NCBI GenBank assembly: GCA_963734545.1
Contig: CAVTHO010000007.1
Span: 352,001 to 416,000, forward strand
Source of the DNA: an uncultured Spirochaetota bacterium
GTDB lineage: Bacteria; Spirochaetota; Spirochaetia; SZUA-6; Fen-1364
Direction of reading: 5' to 3'
Length of the DNA: 64,000 nt
Of the stretch, positions 50,315 to 60,509 are shown piece by piece; position 1 is the stretch's first letter; every line of letters starts with the position of its first letter. Both the position numbers and the translations under genes were made by a program. The notes beneath the pieces were generated by a model. The model was given only the letters and a program-made list of their open reading frames with translations, searched no databases and was not told the origin of the DNA.

Positions 50315-51474
50315 ATGAAGAAAGCTCTCGGTGTGCTTCTCGCTGCAGCGCTGCTTCTCGCCTTTGTCGGGTGCCAGCAGCCGGCACCAAAGGAATGGAC
50401 CGTTCCGTTCCTGAACTCCCTCACCGGCCAGATTGCGAGCATAGGTGAGTACCTCGAGTGGGGCGCGGAACGCGCTGCCAAGGAGATCAATGACGCCGGC
50501 GGAATCAAAGGCAAGCCGGTCAGGGTGGTCGGAGTGGACACCGCTCTGGACCCGCAGAAGGGCTCTGTTGAAATGGCCCGGCTGGTGAAGGATACGCTGG
50601 TCGCGCTGGGACCCGTGCCCGAGCCCGTCATCATGGCGGCCATGCCCATCGCGGTCGAGAACGGCATGGTGTCCATGACCGCGACGACCTCGCTGGAGTA
50701 TGCGCAGAAGTTCTTCCCCTGGACGGTGAGCTGGTTCCCCTCCACGGAAGAACGGCTTGCTCCGCTGGTAGCAGCGTGGGCCAAGCAGTTCCCTGAGATG
50801 AAGCAGGTCGTGCAGTTCGTCGAGCCGTACGGACCGTGGCCTGGAATGGCGGACGCGCACGTGAAGGGACTGGAAGGCCTTGGCCTCAAGGTTCTGGACA
50901 AGGTCGAGGTGCCCGACGAACGCCGTCACATTCGGACCGCTCGTCGTGAAGGCCCTCAATGCGAAGCCTGACGGCATGGTGTTCGTATGCAATGCCGACG
51001 GCAACGGCAAAGCTCATCAAGGAGCTCAAGAGCCGTGGATGGAAGAAGATGGACCACCTGCTGGTCTTCAGCAGCGGCGACGCTCCCGAGCTCTACGCGA
51101 CCGGCGGCAAGGACATCAACGGGGTGGAAATCTACAACTACATCAACCCGAATCTCGACAATCCCCGCTGGAACGCCTTCAAGGAGGCCTACGCGGCCGC
51201 GCACAACGGCAACCAGCCCCCGAGCCTCTCCACCAACTACTATGACGCCCTGTACATGATCAAGGATGCAATCGAAAAGACGGGTGTCACGGGCAGCCCG
51301 AGCAAGCTCAAGGCGGAGCGCAAGTTGATCGCGGATTACCTCCAGAATGTAAAGGGGTTCCACGGCATCATGTTCGACTGGGACATGAAGGACGGAGTCC
51401 CCACGAACAAGCCGACCTTTATCTTCCAGATCGAGGACGGCAAGAAAGTCCTCGTGCAGGAAGTGAAGGGCTGA
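50315..51474 (+). CDS. periplasmic substrate-binding lipoprotein, Liv/PBP1 type (indels near 50918 and 51000)
   Basis: Lipobox FVGC; EINDAGGIKG; YDALY; GAGGAGG RBS. Confidence 0.85.
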
Positions 51475-51513
51475 GGGTTTTCGAAGCGGGTGCTTTCACC
51501 TGCTGAAAATGAC

Positions 51514-51541
51514 AGGGCGCCGCTGACGGCGCCCTTTTTTT
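51514..51541 (+). terminator. rho-independent terminator
   Basis: AGGGCGCCG-CTGA-CGGCGCCCT followed by a T run. Confidence 0.85.
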
Positions 51542-51569
51542 GTGCGCGCCGCTCTGCGCGCGCCCTTTC

Positions 51570-52568
51570 CTATGCGTGCCGCCGGGGGCCAGTCTGATCC
51601 TGCGTGCGGCCGATTTCCCTGCAGCCGGGAACACCGAACAGGGTATCGGCGGCGCGGATTGCATTCACCACGGCCTGCGCCATGACCCAGGCGGCAAGCG
51701 CCCCGACCCTGTTCACATCCGCCGAGACACCCCCTGTGCCCAGGGTGAAAATCACGTCTCCATCCCCGAGGGTATGGATGGGATTGATCGTCCGGGCATA
51801 TCCGTCATGCGCCATCAAAGCGACTCTTGCTGCCGCGGATTTTGTCAGGATGGCGTTCGACGCCACGACGCCAATGGTCGTGTTGGTCGGGAACACCTCC
51901 TTGTACGTGCCAGTAGTGCCCATCAACAAGCCCATGGCGCCTGCGACGCGCGCGCGATCCGGTGTCAGCGTTCCTGCCAGAACTTCACCCGTTTCAGGAT
52001 CCGAGACGTCGCCGTTGCAATTCACGGCGACGATGGCCCCGACCACCAGCTCGCCGACACGGACGCTCGCGGTTCCCAGTCCTCCCTTCACCATTCCCTT
52101 CAAGTTGCCGGACAGTCTTCCCACGGCTGCGCCCGTGCCCGCTCCGACGTTTCCCTGCCGGGACTCACGCGCGCTTGCATCCTGGCACGCCCGGTAGCCC
52201 ATGGCGGCATCGGGCCGGGCCCTGCCGCCCGTGAATGCCAGATCGTTCAGGACAGCTCCGGCAACGATCGGCACGACGGTCACCCCCACGTCGAAGCCGA
52301 TCTTCCGCTCCTCCAGAAAGCTCATGATTCCCGTGGCGCAGGCGAGGCCGTAGGCGCTGCCGCCGGACAGGAAGATGGCGTGGGCAGCGGGGACCACATT
52401 TTCCGGACGGAGGCAGTCTGTCTCCCGTGTGCCCGGGGCCCCGCCGCGTGCATCGACGCCGGGTACGGCCCCGGCCCTGCAGAGAATGACGGTGCAGCCG
52501 GTCATTCCGGAGGGATCCTGGGCATGCCCGACCTCGATGCCGGGAACATCGGTAATACTGCCGCTCAT
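51570..52568 (-). CDS. peptidase S58 / P1 (DmpA/ThnT-like) Ntn-type hydrolase
   Basis: ITDVPGIEVGH, RGGAPGTRET, LSGGSAYGL, GNVGAGTGA, NTTIGVVA (Thr nucleophile), DGD..F. Confidence 0.9.
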   Translation of the reverse strand: MSGSITDVPGIEVGHAQDPSGMTGCTVILCRAGAVPGVDARGGAPGTRETDCLRPENVVPAAHAIFLSGGSAYGLACATGIMSFLEERKIGFDVGVTVVPIVAGAVLNDLAFTGGRARPDAAMGYRACQDASARESRQGNVGAGTGAAVGRLSGNLKGMVKGGLGTASVRVGELVVGAIVAVNCNGDVSDPETGEVLAGTLTPDRARVAGAMGLLMGTTGTYKEVFPTNTTIGVVASNAILTKSAAARVALMAHDGYARTINPIHTLGDGDVIFTLGTGGVSADVNRVGALAAWVMAQAVVNAIRAADTLFGVPGCREIGRTQDQTGPRRHA

Positions 52569-52671
52569 TGGTACGCCTCTCTGGATTGGCTCCGCGTGCA
52601 ACGCGGTGTGAACAAAGGCACGTTAATGGCCCGCATGCGGTTTGTCAATGCGGATTGAAAAGCGGCTCCAT

Positions 52672-52711
52672 ATTACCGCGGCGCGCCAGAATCCGCGGAT
52701 TACCGCGATGC
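52672..52711. repeat. half plus degenerate full copy of the hairpin repeat upstream of panB
   Basis: ATTACCGCGGCGCG then AGAATCCGCGGATTACCGCGATGC. Confidence 0.7.
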
Positions 52712-52770
52712 CTTGTGCGCGACCCGGTTTTTCGCTACGCTGTTTTCACACCAGAGGAGGACAAACCACC

Positions 52771-53628
52771 GTGAGCGACATCAAGAAGCTGATGATCCCC
52801 GACCTGCACGCCATGAAGAAGGAAGGGAAGAAGATCTCCATGATCACCGCCTACTCGTATCCGCAGGCCCAGTGCGTCGATGAGGCGGGCATCGACATCA
52901 TTCTCGTGGGTGACAGCCTCGGGATGGTCGAGCTGGGATACAAGGACACGGTTCCCGTGACCATGGAGGAGATGCTCAACCACACCAAGGCCGTCATGCG
53001 GGGTGTGGCGCGCGCGCATGTCGTGGGTGACATGCCCTTCATGTCCTACAACATCTCGAAGGAACAGGCGATCACGAACGCGGGCATCCTGTACAAGGAC
53101 GGTGGAGCAGACTCCATCAAGCTGGAAGGCGGGCAGGAGATGGCGGCTTCGGTGAACGCCATCGTGAAGGCGGGGATCCCTGTGTTCGGCCACATCGGCC
53201 TCACGCCCCAGACAGCGGGAATGCTGGGAGGATTCAAGGTGCAGGGCAAGTCGCTCGACCAGGCCCGGAAGGTGATGGACGACGCGATTGCGCTGGAGGA
53301 GGCGGGCGTATTCGCGATCGTGCTCGAGGCCATACCCCGGCAGCTTGCCGCCCTCATCACGGAGAGGCTCAAGATCCCGACGATCGGGATCGGCGGCGGA
53401 ATGGACTGCGACGGGCAGGTCCTGGTGCTGCACGACATGGTGGGGCTCTTCAAGCGGTTCACGCCGAAGTTCGTCAAGGTCTATGCCGACCTTTACTCCG
53501 TCCAGCTCGATGCCGTCAAAAAATACGTCGGGGAAGTGAAGAACGGGACGTTCCCGTCGGAGGAACACACCTTCACGATGAAAGAGGAAGCGGTGGCGGA
53601 GCTCCGCAAATCGCTGGGAATGAAGTAG
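52771..53628 (+). CDS. panB: 3-methyl-2-oxobutanoate hydroxymethyltransferase
   Basis: ILVGDSLGM, DMPFMSY, KLEGG, GHIGLTPQ, TIGIG, DGQVLV; GAGGAGG RBS with GTG start. Confidence 0.95.
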   Translation: MSDIKKLMIPDLHAMKKEGKKISMITAYSYPQAQCVDEAGIDIILVGDSLGMVELGYKDTVPVTMEEMLNHTKAVMRGVARAHVVGDMPFMSYNISKEQAITNAGILYKDGGADSIKLEGGQEMAASVNAIVKAGIPVFGHIGLTPQTAGMLGGFKVQGKSLDQARKVMDDAIALEEAGVFAIVLEAIPRQLAALITERLKIPTIGIGGGMDCDGQVLVLHDMVGLFKRFTPKFVKVYADLYSVQLDAVKKYVGEVKNGTFPSEEHTFTMKEEAVAELRKSLGMK

Positions 53629-53656
53629 GGAACCGGGGAGGGCGCGGACCGGGGAA

Positions 53657-55003
53657 TCAGGTCCGCGCGGTGCTCAGAGAGTCTCGATACCGGGCGGGAT
53701 CCGCGCGGAAGCCCATGACCTGGTTCCCGCCTTCTCGTGTGGCCTTTGCCGCTGACACACTGGCCTCTTCGAGAAGCGTGATGTCCTCGATGAGGCGTCC
53801 TCCGCGCGAGCTCACGCCGATGGAGACGGTCCGGTTTCTCCCCTCGATCACCGTGTCCGCCACCTTGCCGCGGAACTCGTCGAGGACACGCACGGCAGCG
53901 TCCACCTCGTTGTCCGGCAGAAGAAGAGTGTAGGAATCGTCGCCCGCCTCGAATATCAGGTCGTGGAGAGGGAAGGTCTCTCTGAGAAGCCTCGCTATTG
54001 CGGTATAGACCTTCGGCAGCCGGGAATCGACGAACGGCTCATCGATCTGGACCCGCGCCAGCGCGACGTCCTGATCCGCCACGGCGGCCCGTTCAAGCTC
54101 GGCATGCAGCCGCGGCTCGAGGTGCTCTGCCCAGACAAGACCGGTGCGCGGGGACGTGAGACCCCTGGTCAAAGGCTGCGGCGATTCCTGCCGCGGCGGC
54201 TCCGGCTGCGGTTCCGGCTGCGGCTCTGGCATCATCGGTGCCAGTATCCGAGGTTCCGGACGCAGCGGTTCCGGGCGAGGCGGCGGGGCTCGCAGCGGTT
54301 CCGGCTGTGGTTGTGCCGCCTGAGGCTGCGCAGGCGGGACAGTCGAATAGCTCTGCTCACGCGGAGGAGCCCGGTCAGGCGCCTGAAAATCCGGGGGGGT
54401 CGGCGCGGGCGAGTAGCCAGAAACGCCGGAGCGTCCACGGGTCTCTGATGAGCTTTCCTGGATGCTCGTGACGATCAGTATGATCACACCGCAGACCAGC
54501 AGAAACGCGAGGAAAAGGTAAAGGTCGTCACGCACAATCGGGTAGAGATCTTCCCTGCCCATGATGACGAACATCGCGTCGAGAGCCAGGGGAGCCTGGT
54601 CGTTGCCGATCTCCCTGCTGAGAAGCAGCTCATATCCCTTGCTCACCTGATAGACCGGTGTGCCGCGCCAGGCAGGCGTAACGGGGCTCGGCTCTTTCAT
54701 GTACGTTCTGTTGCGCGCCACCAGGTAGAGGATGCCATCCTGCGTGGAATGCACGGAGAGCAGGAGCAGCCGCGGCTCCTCGTCGAAGACATCCCGCATG
54801 TCCTTCTTGAACTGGGGAGCATCGAAGCCGCCCGTGCTGTCCCGGATCGACAGGGTTTTGGACGCAAGCCCGGGCAGGCGCTCCCGCGCGGCTGCGGCGT
54901 TGGTCGTTCGGGCATTCTCGATCCTGTAACCGGTAAGGCCGACGATGAATATGAAGAACACCGCGCTCAAAGCGAGAAAAAACCAGGAAAAACCCTTATT
55001 CAT
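53657..55003 (-). CDS. 2-TM membrane protein with Pro-rich linker and degenerate GGDEF-like domain
   Basis: Two TMs; SPRTGLV...; AGDDSY at the GGDEF position; TVSIGVS; A...GGNQV. Confidence 0.7.
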   Translation of the reverse strand: MNKGFSWFFLALSAVFFIFIVGLTGYRIENARTTNAAAARERLPGLASKTLSIRDSTGGFDAPQFKKDMRDVFDEEPRLLLLSVHSTQDGILYLVARNRTYMKEPSPVTPAWRGTPVYQVSKGYELLLSREIGNDQAPLALDAMFVIMGREDLYPIVRDDLYLFLAFLLVCGVIILIVTSIQESSSETRGRSGVSGYSPAPTPPDFQAPDRAPPREQSYSTVPPAQPQAAQPQPEPLRAPPPRPEPLRPEPRILAPMMPEPQPEPQPEPPRQESPQPLTRGLTSPRTGLVWAEHLEPRLHAELERAAVADQDVALARVQIDEPFVDSRLPKVYTAIARLLRETFPLHDLIFEAGDDSYTLLLPDNEVDAAVRVLDEFRGKVADTVIEGRNRTVSIGVSSRGGRLIEDITLLEEASVSAAKATREGGNQVMGFRADPARYRDSLSTART

Positions 55004-55098
55004 GCTCTTCCCCCGCCGCATTGTGGAGTATAATCAGGGGCGCGCCTGCCGCGGAGCTCCGGGCGGAGCGCGGAAAGAAAAGTGGTTCGGAGGTGCCC

Positions 55099-55926
55099 AT
55101 GCGTGTGCGAAGAAGGTACCTGCCGCCGGGGTGGTATCCGGGCGCCGAAGAGAAGGCCCGGGAAGCAGTCGAGGACATGGAGAGATCCATCGATCCCGAG
55201 CCGGCCCATGGGATTGCGGGCATCGTGCCGCACGCGGGATGGGAGTTCTCGGGCAATCTGGCGTTCGAGGTTTTTTCGCGCATTTCGCGTACCATGGATA
55301 CCATCGTAATTATCGGCGGACACCTGGGCCCGGCTGACGGAATCTTGTGCGCATTCGAAGACTCCTACGAAACCCCTTTCGGGCAGCTCCCGGCGGATCT
55401 CGAGCTTCTTGCTGCTCTCCGCGCAGCCGTGCCTGTTTCCGAGGACCGGTCGGCTGATAATACGGTCGAGGTTCAGCTCCCCTTCGTGAAATACCTTTTT
55501 CCCAACGCAAGAGTGCTCGGCATGCGCGTATCTCCGTCACGCGACGCGGATCGGCTGGGCAAGGCGCTCGCGGAGGCAGCGCGAGGTCTCAAGAGAAGTG
55601 TCGGTGTCGCAGGATCGACCGACCTCACGCACTACGGGTCGAGCTATGGTTTCGCTCCCGCGGGAAGCGGCAACAAGGCGCTGCGATGGGTGCGGGAGGT
55701 CAACGACCATCGATTCATCGAGAGCGTCCTTGCCATGGAGTTCGACACTGCGCTGGAGCGCGCACTGAAGGAGAGGTCGGCCTGCTCTGCCGGCGGCGCC
55801 CTGGCGGCACTGAGCTTCGCGCGTGAAAATGGTGTCCGGCAGGGGAAGCTTCTGCGCTATTCGACCAGCTTCGATGTGCATCCCGGCGACTCTTTCGTAG
55901 GGTACGCGGGCATCCTCTACTCCTGA
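55099..55926 (+). CDS. MEMO1 / AmmeMemoRadiSam protein B family
   Basis: G.WYP, IVPHAGWEFSG, ETPFG, EVQLPF, STDLTHYG, SFVGYAGI. Confidence 0.85.
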   Translation: MRVRRRYLPPGWYPGAEEKAREAVEDMERSIDPEPAHGIAGIVPHAGWEFSGNLAFEVFSRISRTMDTIVIIGGHLGPADGILCAFEDSYETPFGQLPADLELLAALRAAVPVSEDRSADNTVEVQLPFVKYLFPNARVLGMRVSPSRDADRLGKALAEAARGLKRSVGVAGSTDLTHYGSSYGFAPAGSGNKALRWVREVNDHRFIESVLAMEFDTALERALKERSACSAGGALAALSFARENGVRQGKLLRYSTSFDVHPGDSFVGYAGILYS

Positions 55927-57606
55927 AACGACCGGGACCCTTCGATCAACCGTGAAATCCGGGAGAGCGTCCATTGTCGGGCGCCGTCGAGCGCCGCGGC
56001 TCCCGGCGGAGTCTCGGGAGATTCCATGAGCACACGCGCCGCAACGGGAAGGAGCGTTCCCCAGAGCTCCTTTTCCGATGCCCGAAGCATCCGAAATGAG
56101 CTCCCGCCGGGGTGCGTGAGCAGAGGCAGCGCAGCAAGATCTCCCGCATAGTCGGCAATGAACCGGCGCCAGCTGCATCGCGGCTCCGACTCCCTCCAGC
56201 CGTCTTCCCCGGAGACCGTGCTCCGCGGCACATGGTTTTCCTCCGCGTGGTCCAGCGCCAGCCCCGCTCCCGGCACGCTCACCACCTCGGCAGGGATTGC
56301 CTCCATGAGACGGATAAGGCGTTCCCGGTAAGCGAGCATGACGTCGGTCGTATACCGGAAGCTCGTGCCCGCGCGCTCCTTGCGCGTGTCGGGTGTCCGA
56401 TAGAGGAAGGAAAAGAATCTGCTCTCCGGAGGCGCAAGACCGGGTCTGGCTCGACTCGAAGAGATCATACAGGTAGGTGCCGCGTGAATACGGTTTCCCT
56501 TCGGGGTACGAGAAGTCCGCCCCGTAGACGGTGATGGTGCGCGCCCCGAGACGGTGCGCCAGTGACACGGCAGCATGCGTGACGTTTCCACCGGAAGTAT
56601 CCATTTTGGGAAACCTCTTCCACCGCGCGTCCAGGTAGACGGCAAAGGGATGCCCGCTTGCAGCGAAGAGGGGGCGCGCCGATCCTCGCGCAAGGAAGGG
56701 GGGAGAAGCGAGGTCGAGGAAGAGGATGGATTGCGGGTGAATGCCCTGGAGAAAATGGTGGTACCCGTGGCTCTGGCAGTCGATGGAGAGCACGGCGTTC
56801 GGCTGAATGCCGGCCCGGCGAAGGGCGGGCAGGGAAGTGTCGGAGGCGATGAGGAAGCCCGCGTCGTCGCGGGCGGCGATCATGGCGAGCTGGCCTTCCA
56901 GGGAAGGACCGGCGGCTGTCACATGGGCGTGCGTGATGAGAGGGAGACCCGTGGCGCCGGTTGACGCAGGCTCCATGTTGAGGAGCATGTTCGTGAACCA
57001 GCGCTTTCCGAAGTGGGCCTGCACGCTGTAGTCTGCGCGCATCTCATCCACCACCGTGCGAAGCTCCGCGGTCGCTGCGGTGAAGAAAAGATTTTCCCTC
57101 TCACACCAGGGCCGGAGCGGCGCCGTCACAAGGCCTCCCATGAGGGCCGGCTGCCAGGCGGCAAGCAGGGCAGACCGTATCCCCTTCAGGCCGGCGGCCA
57201 CAAAGACGCGCGAATCCTGAAGGATCGCTGCAATCGGAAGATTCTCCATGAGCGCGCGCAGGATCGATGCATCCTTTTCGATCACGAGGACCGACGAGAC
57301 CCCCTTGTCCTCGAGAGAAGCGGCAATCGTGAACCCGGCGCCCATGCCGAGCGCGACGACGCACCCCGCACCGCGCAGACCCGCCATGATCTTTCTGGAC
57401 TCGCCCATGGGATCGTACAGCGAATGCAGCGGCGCTTTTCCGTCTGGGAGCCGCACGGCGGGGACGAGCGCGCCGTTCCGGGCATTCACGAAGGTGAGGG
57501 AGGGGTCGGCTGCACTCGCGCGCACCGCGGAGGCCAGCGCTTGATTTCCGCGCGCCAGCGCGGCCAGGTTTGTTTCGAGAACGCGGGCTGAATCAGGCCG
57601 CGGCAC
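55917..57606 (-). CDS. Maf / DUF115 (MptE-like) glycosyltransferase-family protein (frameshift near 56430)
   Basis: LHSLYDP, AAGPSL, SDT, SGGNV, GADFSY. Confidence 0.75.
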
Positions 57607-59251
57607 CCGTCTTCTCCGCGATCTCCCGCAGGAAATCCACGCACCCGTCGAGCATCTCCCTGGCCGCCTCCCGCGCGCCCGTGGAGTCCCCCTGTCGCGA
57701 TTTTCTTCTTGCCTCGAGCAGCCGTCGGGGCTCGATGTAGTAGGCAAGAGAAAGAAGTGACGGCGAGCGGCCGAGCAGTTCCAGCCTTTCGGAGGACACG
57801 GCCGCCGCACGCGCCCGGGAAAGCTCGGCGGTCCACCCTTGAAGAAGACCTCCGATGATCCTGTGCCGCTGTTCACGCCCGGGAAACTCGTCCTCCCTGC
57901 GCAGACGGGGACCCCGGGGCGCTTCGGCACGGCCCTCGAGCAGCTCCCGGAGGGAGACCGCATCCAGGGCCCGCATGCCCTCGAGCGCAATGCGGGAAGG
58001 GAGCAGCCTGTAGACACGCCCCGCGTGATCGCCGCGCGTCTCATTGAACCAGCCGGCATAGGTGCTGAGGGACGGTGAGGCGCGCACTCCCTCGATGCCG
58101 GGGACCGGCTCGACCCGCTGCGTCGCCGCCCTCTGGAAGCTGAGGCTGTAGTGCGGGGAGAGCCGGGTGGACTGGAGATGGAGCAGCCGGTCGAAAGCGC
58201 CGGGCCTGGCGTGAAGGGAGATGTCACGCGTGCACATGTCGAGACCGGCAACGATGACAGGCCCCCGGGTGCTGGCGAGCGCGAGATCGAGCGCGGTTGC
58301 CGCGACGGTGCCATGCGGCGCGATCAGGGGCGCGTGCACCCCTGCCTCTTCCAGGAGCGATTTCTCGAAGAAGCCGGGCTGCGCGAGGAGGAACGGTGCG
58401 GCGTCAGCCTCCTGGACGCCCCTCCGGGAGAAAGACCACGCTCCCCGGGCCGCGGAAAGAGGCATGGCGAGGGGACACCCGTGAGATGAGAATTGGATGT
58501 GGTGCAGGGAATAGTATCCAGGATCGGTCATGACAAGGAGGTCGGGAGAAAGATCCCTGTCCTGGAGCAGAAGGGAGCTGGAGGGAAGCGCCCACAGCTC
58601 CACTCGGGAGCGGACTTCAGCGATCAACCCGGCCGCTTCTTCCAGGCTCGGTCCCGGAGCCGCGAGAAGGACAGGTCTGTCCGTCGGGCAAAGCTCCCCG
58701 ACAAGGGCGGAATCGATGGCGAGAAAATTGGTGATTGCGTTGCGTATCCACAGACGTCCCGCTGCCACCGTGGTCACCAGGCTGCCGTTCAGCTCCTGCA
58801 CCACCTGGCGAACCGATTGATTCACGGTTCGCGACAGGACGGGGAAAATGCGCGCTGAGGGCGGCCATTCGACCAGGCGAAGGCCTTCCAGATCGAGCTC
58901 CCCGAAAGATCCGGCGAGGAACGAAGTGATCCCCGCTTTCATCCCGGGGCACCAGGCGGGGGCGGCTCCGCCGGGCGCGGCGGTTCCCGCCGCGCGGGCA
59001 TTCCCGATCGTCATGATCTCCGCTGAATAGAAGATCCTGATCACACGGACGCCGGGATACAGACTTTCGACAGCGGCCGAGACATAACCCAGCCCTTCCC
59101 CGAGGATCACCACGGCGGAAGGGGTATCCGGGCCGACATTGGCTTCCACAAAACGCCTGGCCTCCCGGACAGGGTCGTAGGGCGAATGGAGCGCGACGCC
59201 GTCGACCCGGGCGGTCAGCGCTCCCGATCTTGCTGTGAATGTCTCGATCAT
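57593..59251 (-). CDS. Maf / DUF115 (MptE-like) glycosyltransferase-family protein
   Basis: LHSPYDPVREA, APGPSL, TDPG, HGTVA, GLDM. Confidence 0.75.
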   Translation of the reverse strand: MIETFTARSGALTARVDGVALHSPYDPVREARRFVEANVGPDTPSAVVILGEGLGYVSAAVESLYPGVRVIRIFYSAEIMTIGNARAAGTAAPGGAAPAWCPGMKAGITSFLAGSFGELDLEGLRLVEWPPSARIFPVLSRTVNQSVRQVVQELNGSLVTTVAAGRLWIRNAITNFLAIDSALVGELCPTDRPVLLAAPGPSLEEAAGLIAEVRSRVELWALPSSSLLLQDRDLSPDLLVMTDPGYYSLHHIQFSSHGCPLAMPLSAARGAWSFSRRGVQEADAAPFLLAQPGFFEKSLLEEAGVHAPLIAPHGTVAATALDLALASTRGPVIVAGLDMCTRDISLHARPGAFDRLLHLQSTRLSPHYSLSFQRAATQRVEPVPGIEGVRASPSLSTYAGWFNETRGDHAGRVYRLLPSRIALEGMRALDAVSLRELLEGRAEAPRGPRLRREDEFPGREQRHRIIGGLLQGWTAELSRARAAAVSSERLELLGRSPSLLSLAYYIEPRRLLEARRKSRQGDSTGAREAAREMLDGCVDFLREIAEKTGAAA

Positions 59252-59257
59252 CGTCCG

Positions 59258-60509
59258 TCAGGTGGAGAGAAACTCAAGCAGCTCACGGACATCTCCCCCA
59301 TCCTCGGGCCAGTCACGCGTTTTCAGGATCTTCGGTCCTGTTGTGGCACCCGACTTCCCATTGCCCCCGAAAAGACCGCGGAGAAAGGAAGAAAGCTGGT
59401 GCAGAAAGAGGTCGAGATCCGTCGCATCAAAGCCTTGGAGGGCGACGAGAAAGAGTCCCTGTCGAATCGGGATTGCCAGCCCCAGGTCGACGACAAAGGA
59501 GTCGAGGAAATAGTGGAGGTCCTCGTGCAGGCGGAAAGGGTCCAGGTGCGCGTGCGCGGCAATGATATGCCGCGAGTATTGCTCCAGCGAAAGGGCGAAG
59601 AAACAGGATCCTCGTGCCCGCCGAGCCAAAGGAGGATATGTATCGGCCGACCTCTTCCTCCGGTGACGCGCCAGGGCGCATCCCCTGCGCGCCCACCCTG
59701 CGCAGTTTCTTCTCGCGGGCTTTCTGGACGCGCGGTGAGCCGGCATCCGCGATGCTCTTCAGGCACGGGAGAAGCTGCGCGTCCCCTTCGAACGGCGGCT
59801 TCAGCGCCGTGAAGAGGAGCACGCCGATGAGCTTTTCCGCCGCAATGAAGGGTGTCAGCAGGATCCTTGAGAGAGTGGAAAACTCACGCGCGGAGAAGTA
59901 TTGCTCGTATGCTGCCAGGGCGGAAGTGCCCTCCACGATAACCGGGCTGCCGTTGGCCAGCTCGTTGAAGGTGCCGTTCGCGCCGAGGGGGATGCGCATT
60001 CGGTGAAGGGTGGTCTGATCGTAGCCCTGACTTGCCCAGGGAGCATAGACAAGGCGAATAGGATCGAACAGCAGGAGCGCGCCCTTTTGTACCGACAATC
60101 GCGCGGTGAGCACGGTGAAAAGGTGGGACGGGAGCTCCACGCCGTCAGGCAGCGCCTGGATGGCGGCAACGATCCCGCGGGCAGCCTGTTCAGGATCCAG
60201 CGTCTTGCCGGGTTCCTGCGCATCCTGCATGCCGGCGCGAGCCCGTTTCCTGGCCGCGTCTCTCGGCCGGGGCGGAGCGGCGAGCTCGACGCCGAGGGGG
60301 CTGCGCAGCCTTTCCGCGACAATGGCCAGGCTTTTTCGGAGCAGTCCGCGCCGGGGAGCAGCGGCCGCAATCCGGGAAGCCCGCGCGGTCACGGAGGCGG
60401 CGATTCGGAAAACGCGATCTTCGGGTGATGCAGGGACGGAGTAAGGGGCCTCTATGCTTCCTTCAGCATCGCGGGTGGCGGCGTGCGCAGCCTTCCGGAG
60501 AAGACCCAT
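59258..60509 (-). CDS. hypothetical protein with GAF-like domain (frameshift near 59600)
   Basis: MGLLRKA N-terminus; GAF-like core (KGALLLFD...P...LIGVL); continues in ORF 59258-59746. Confidence 0.55.
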
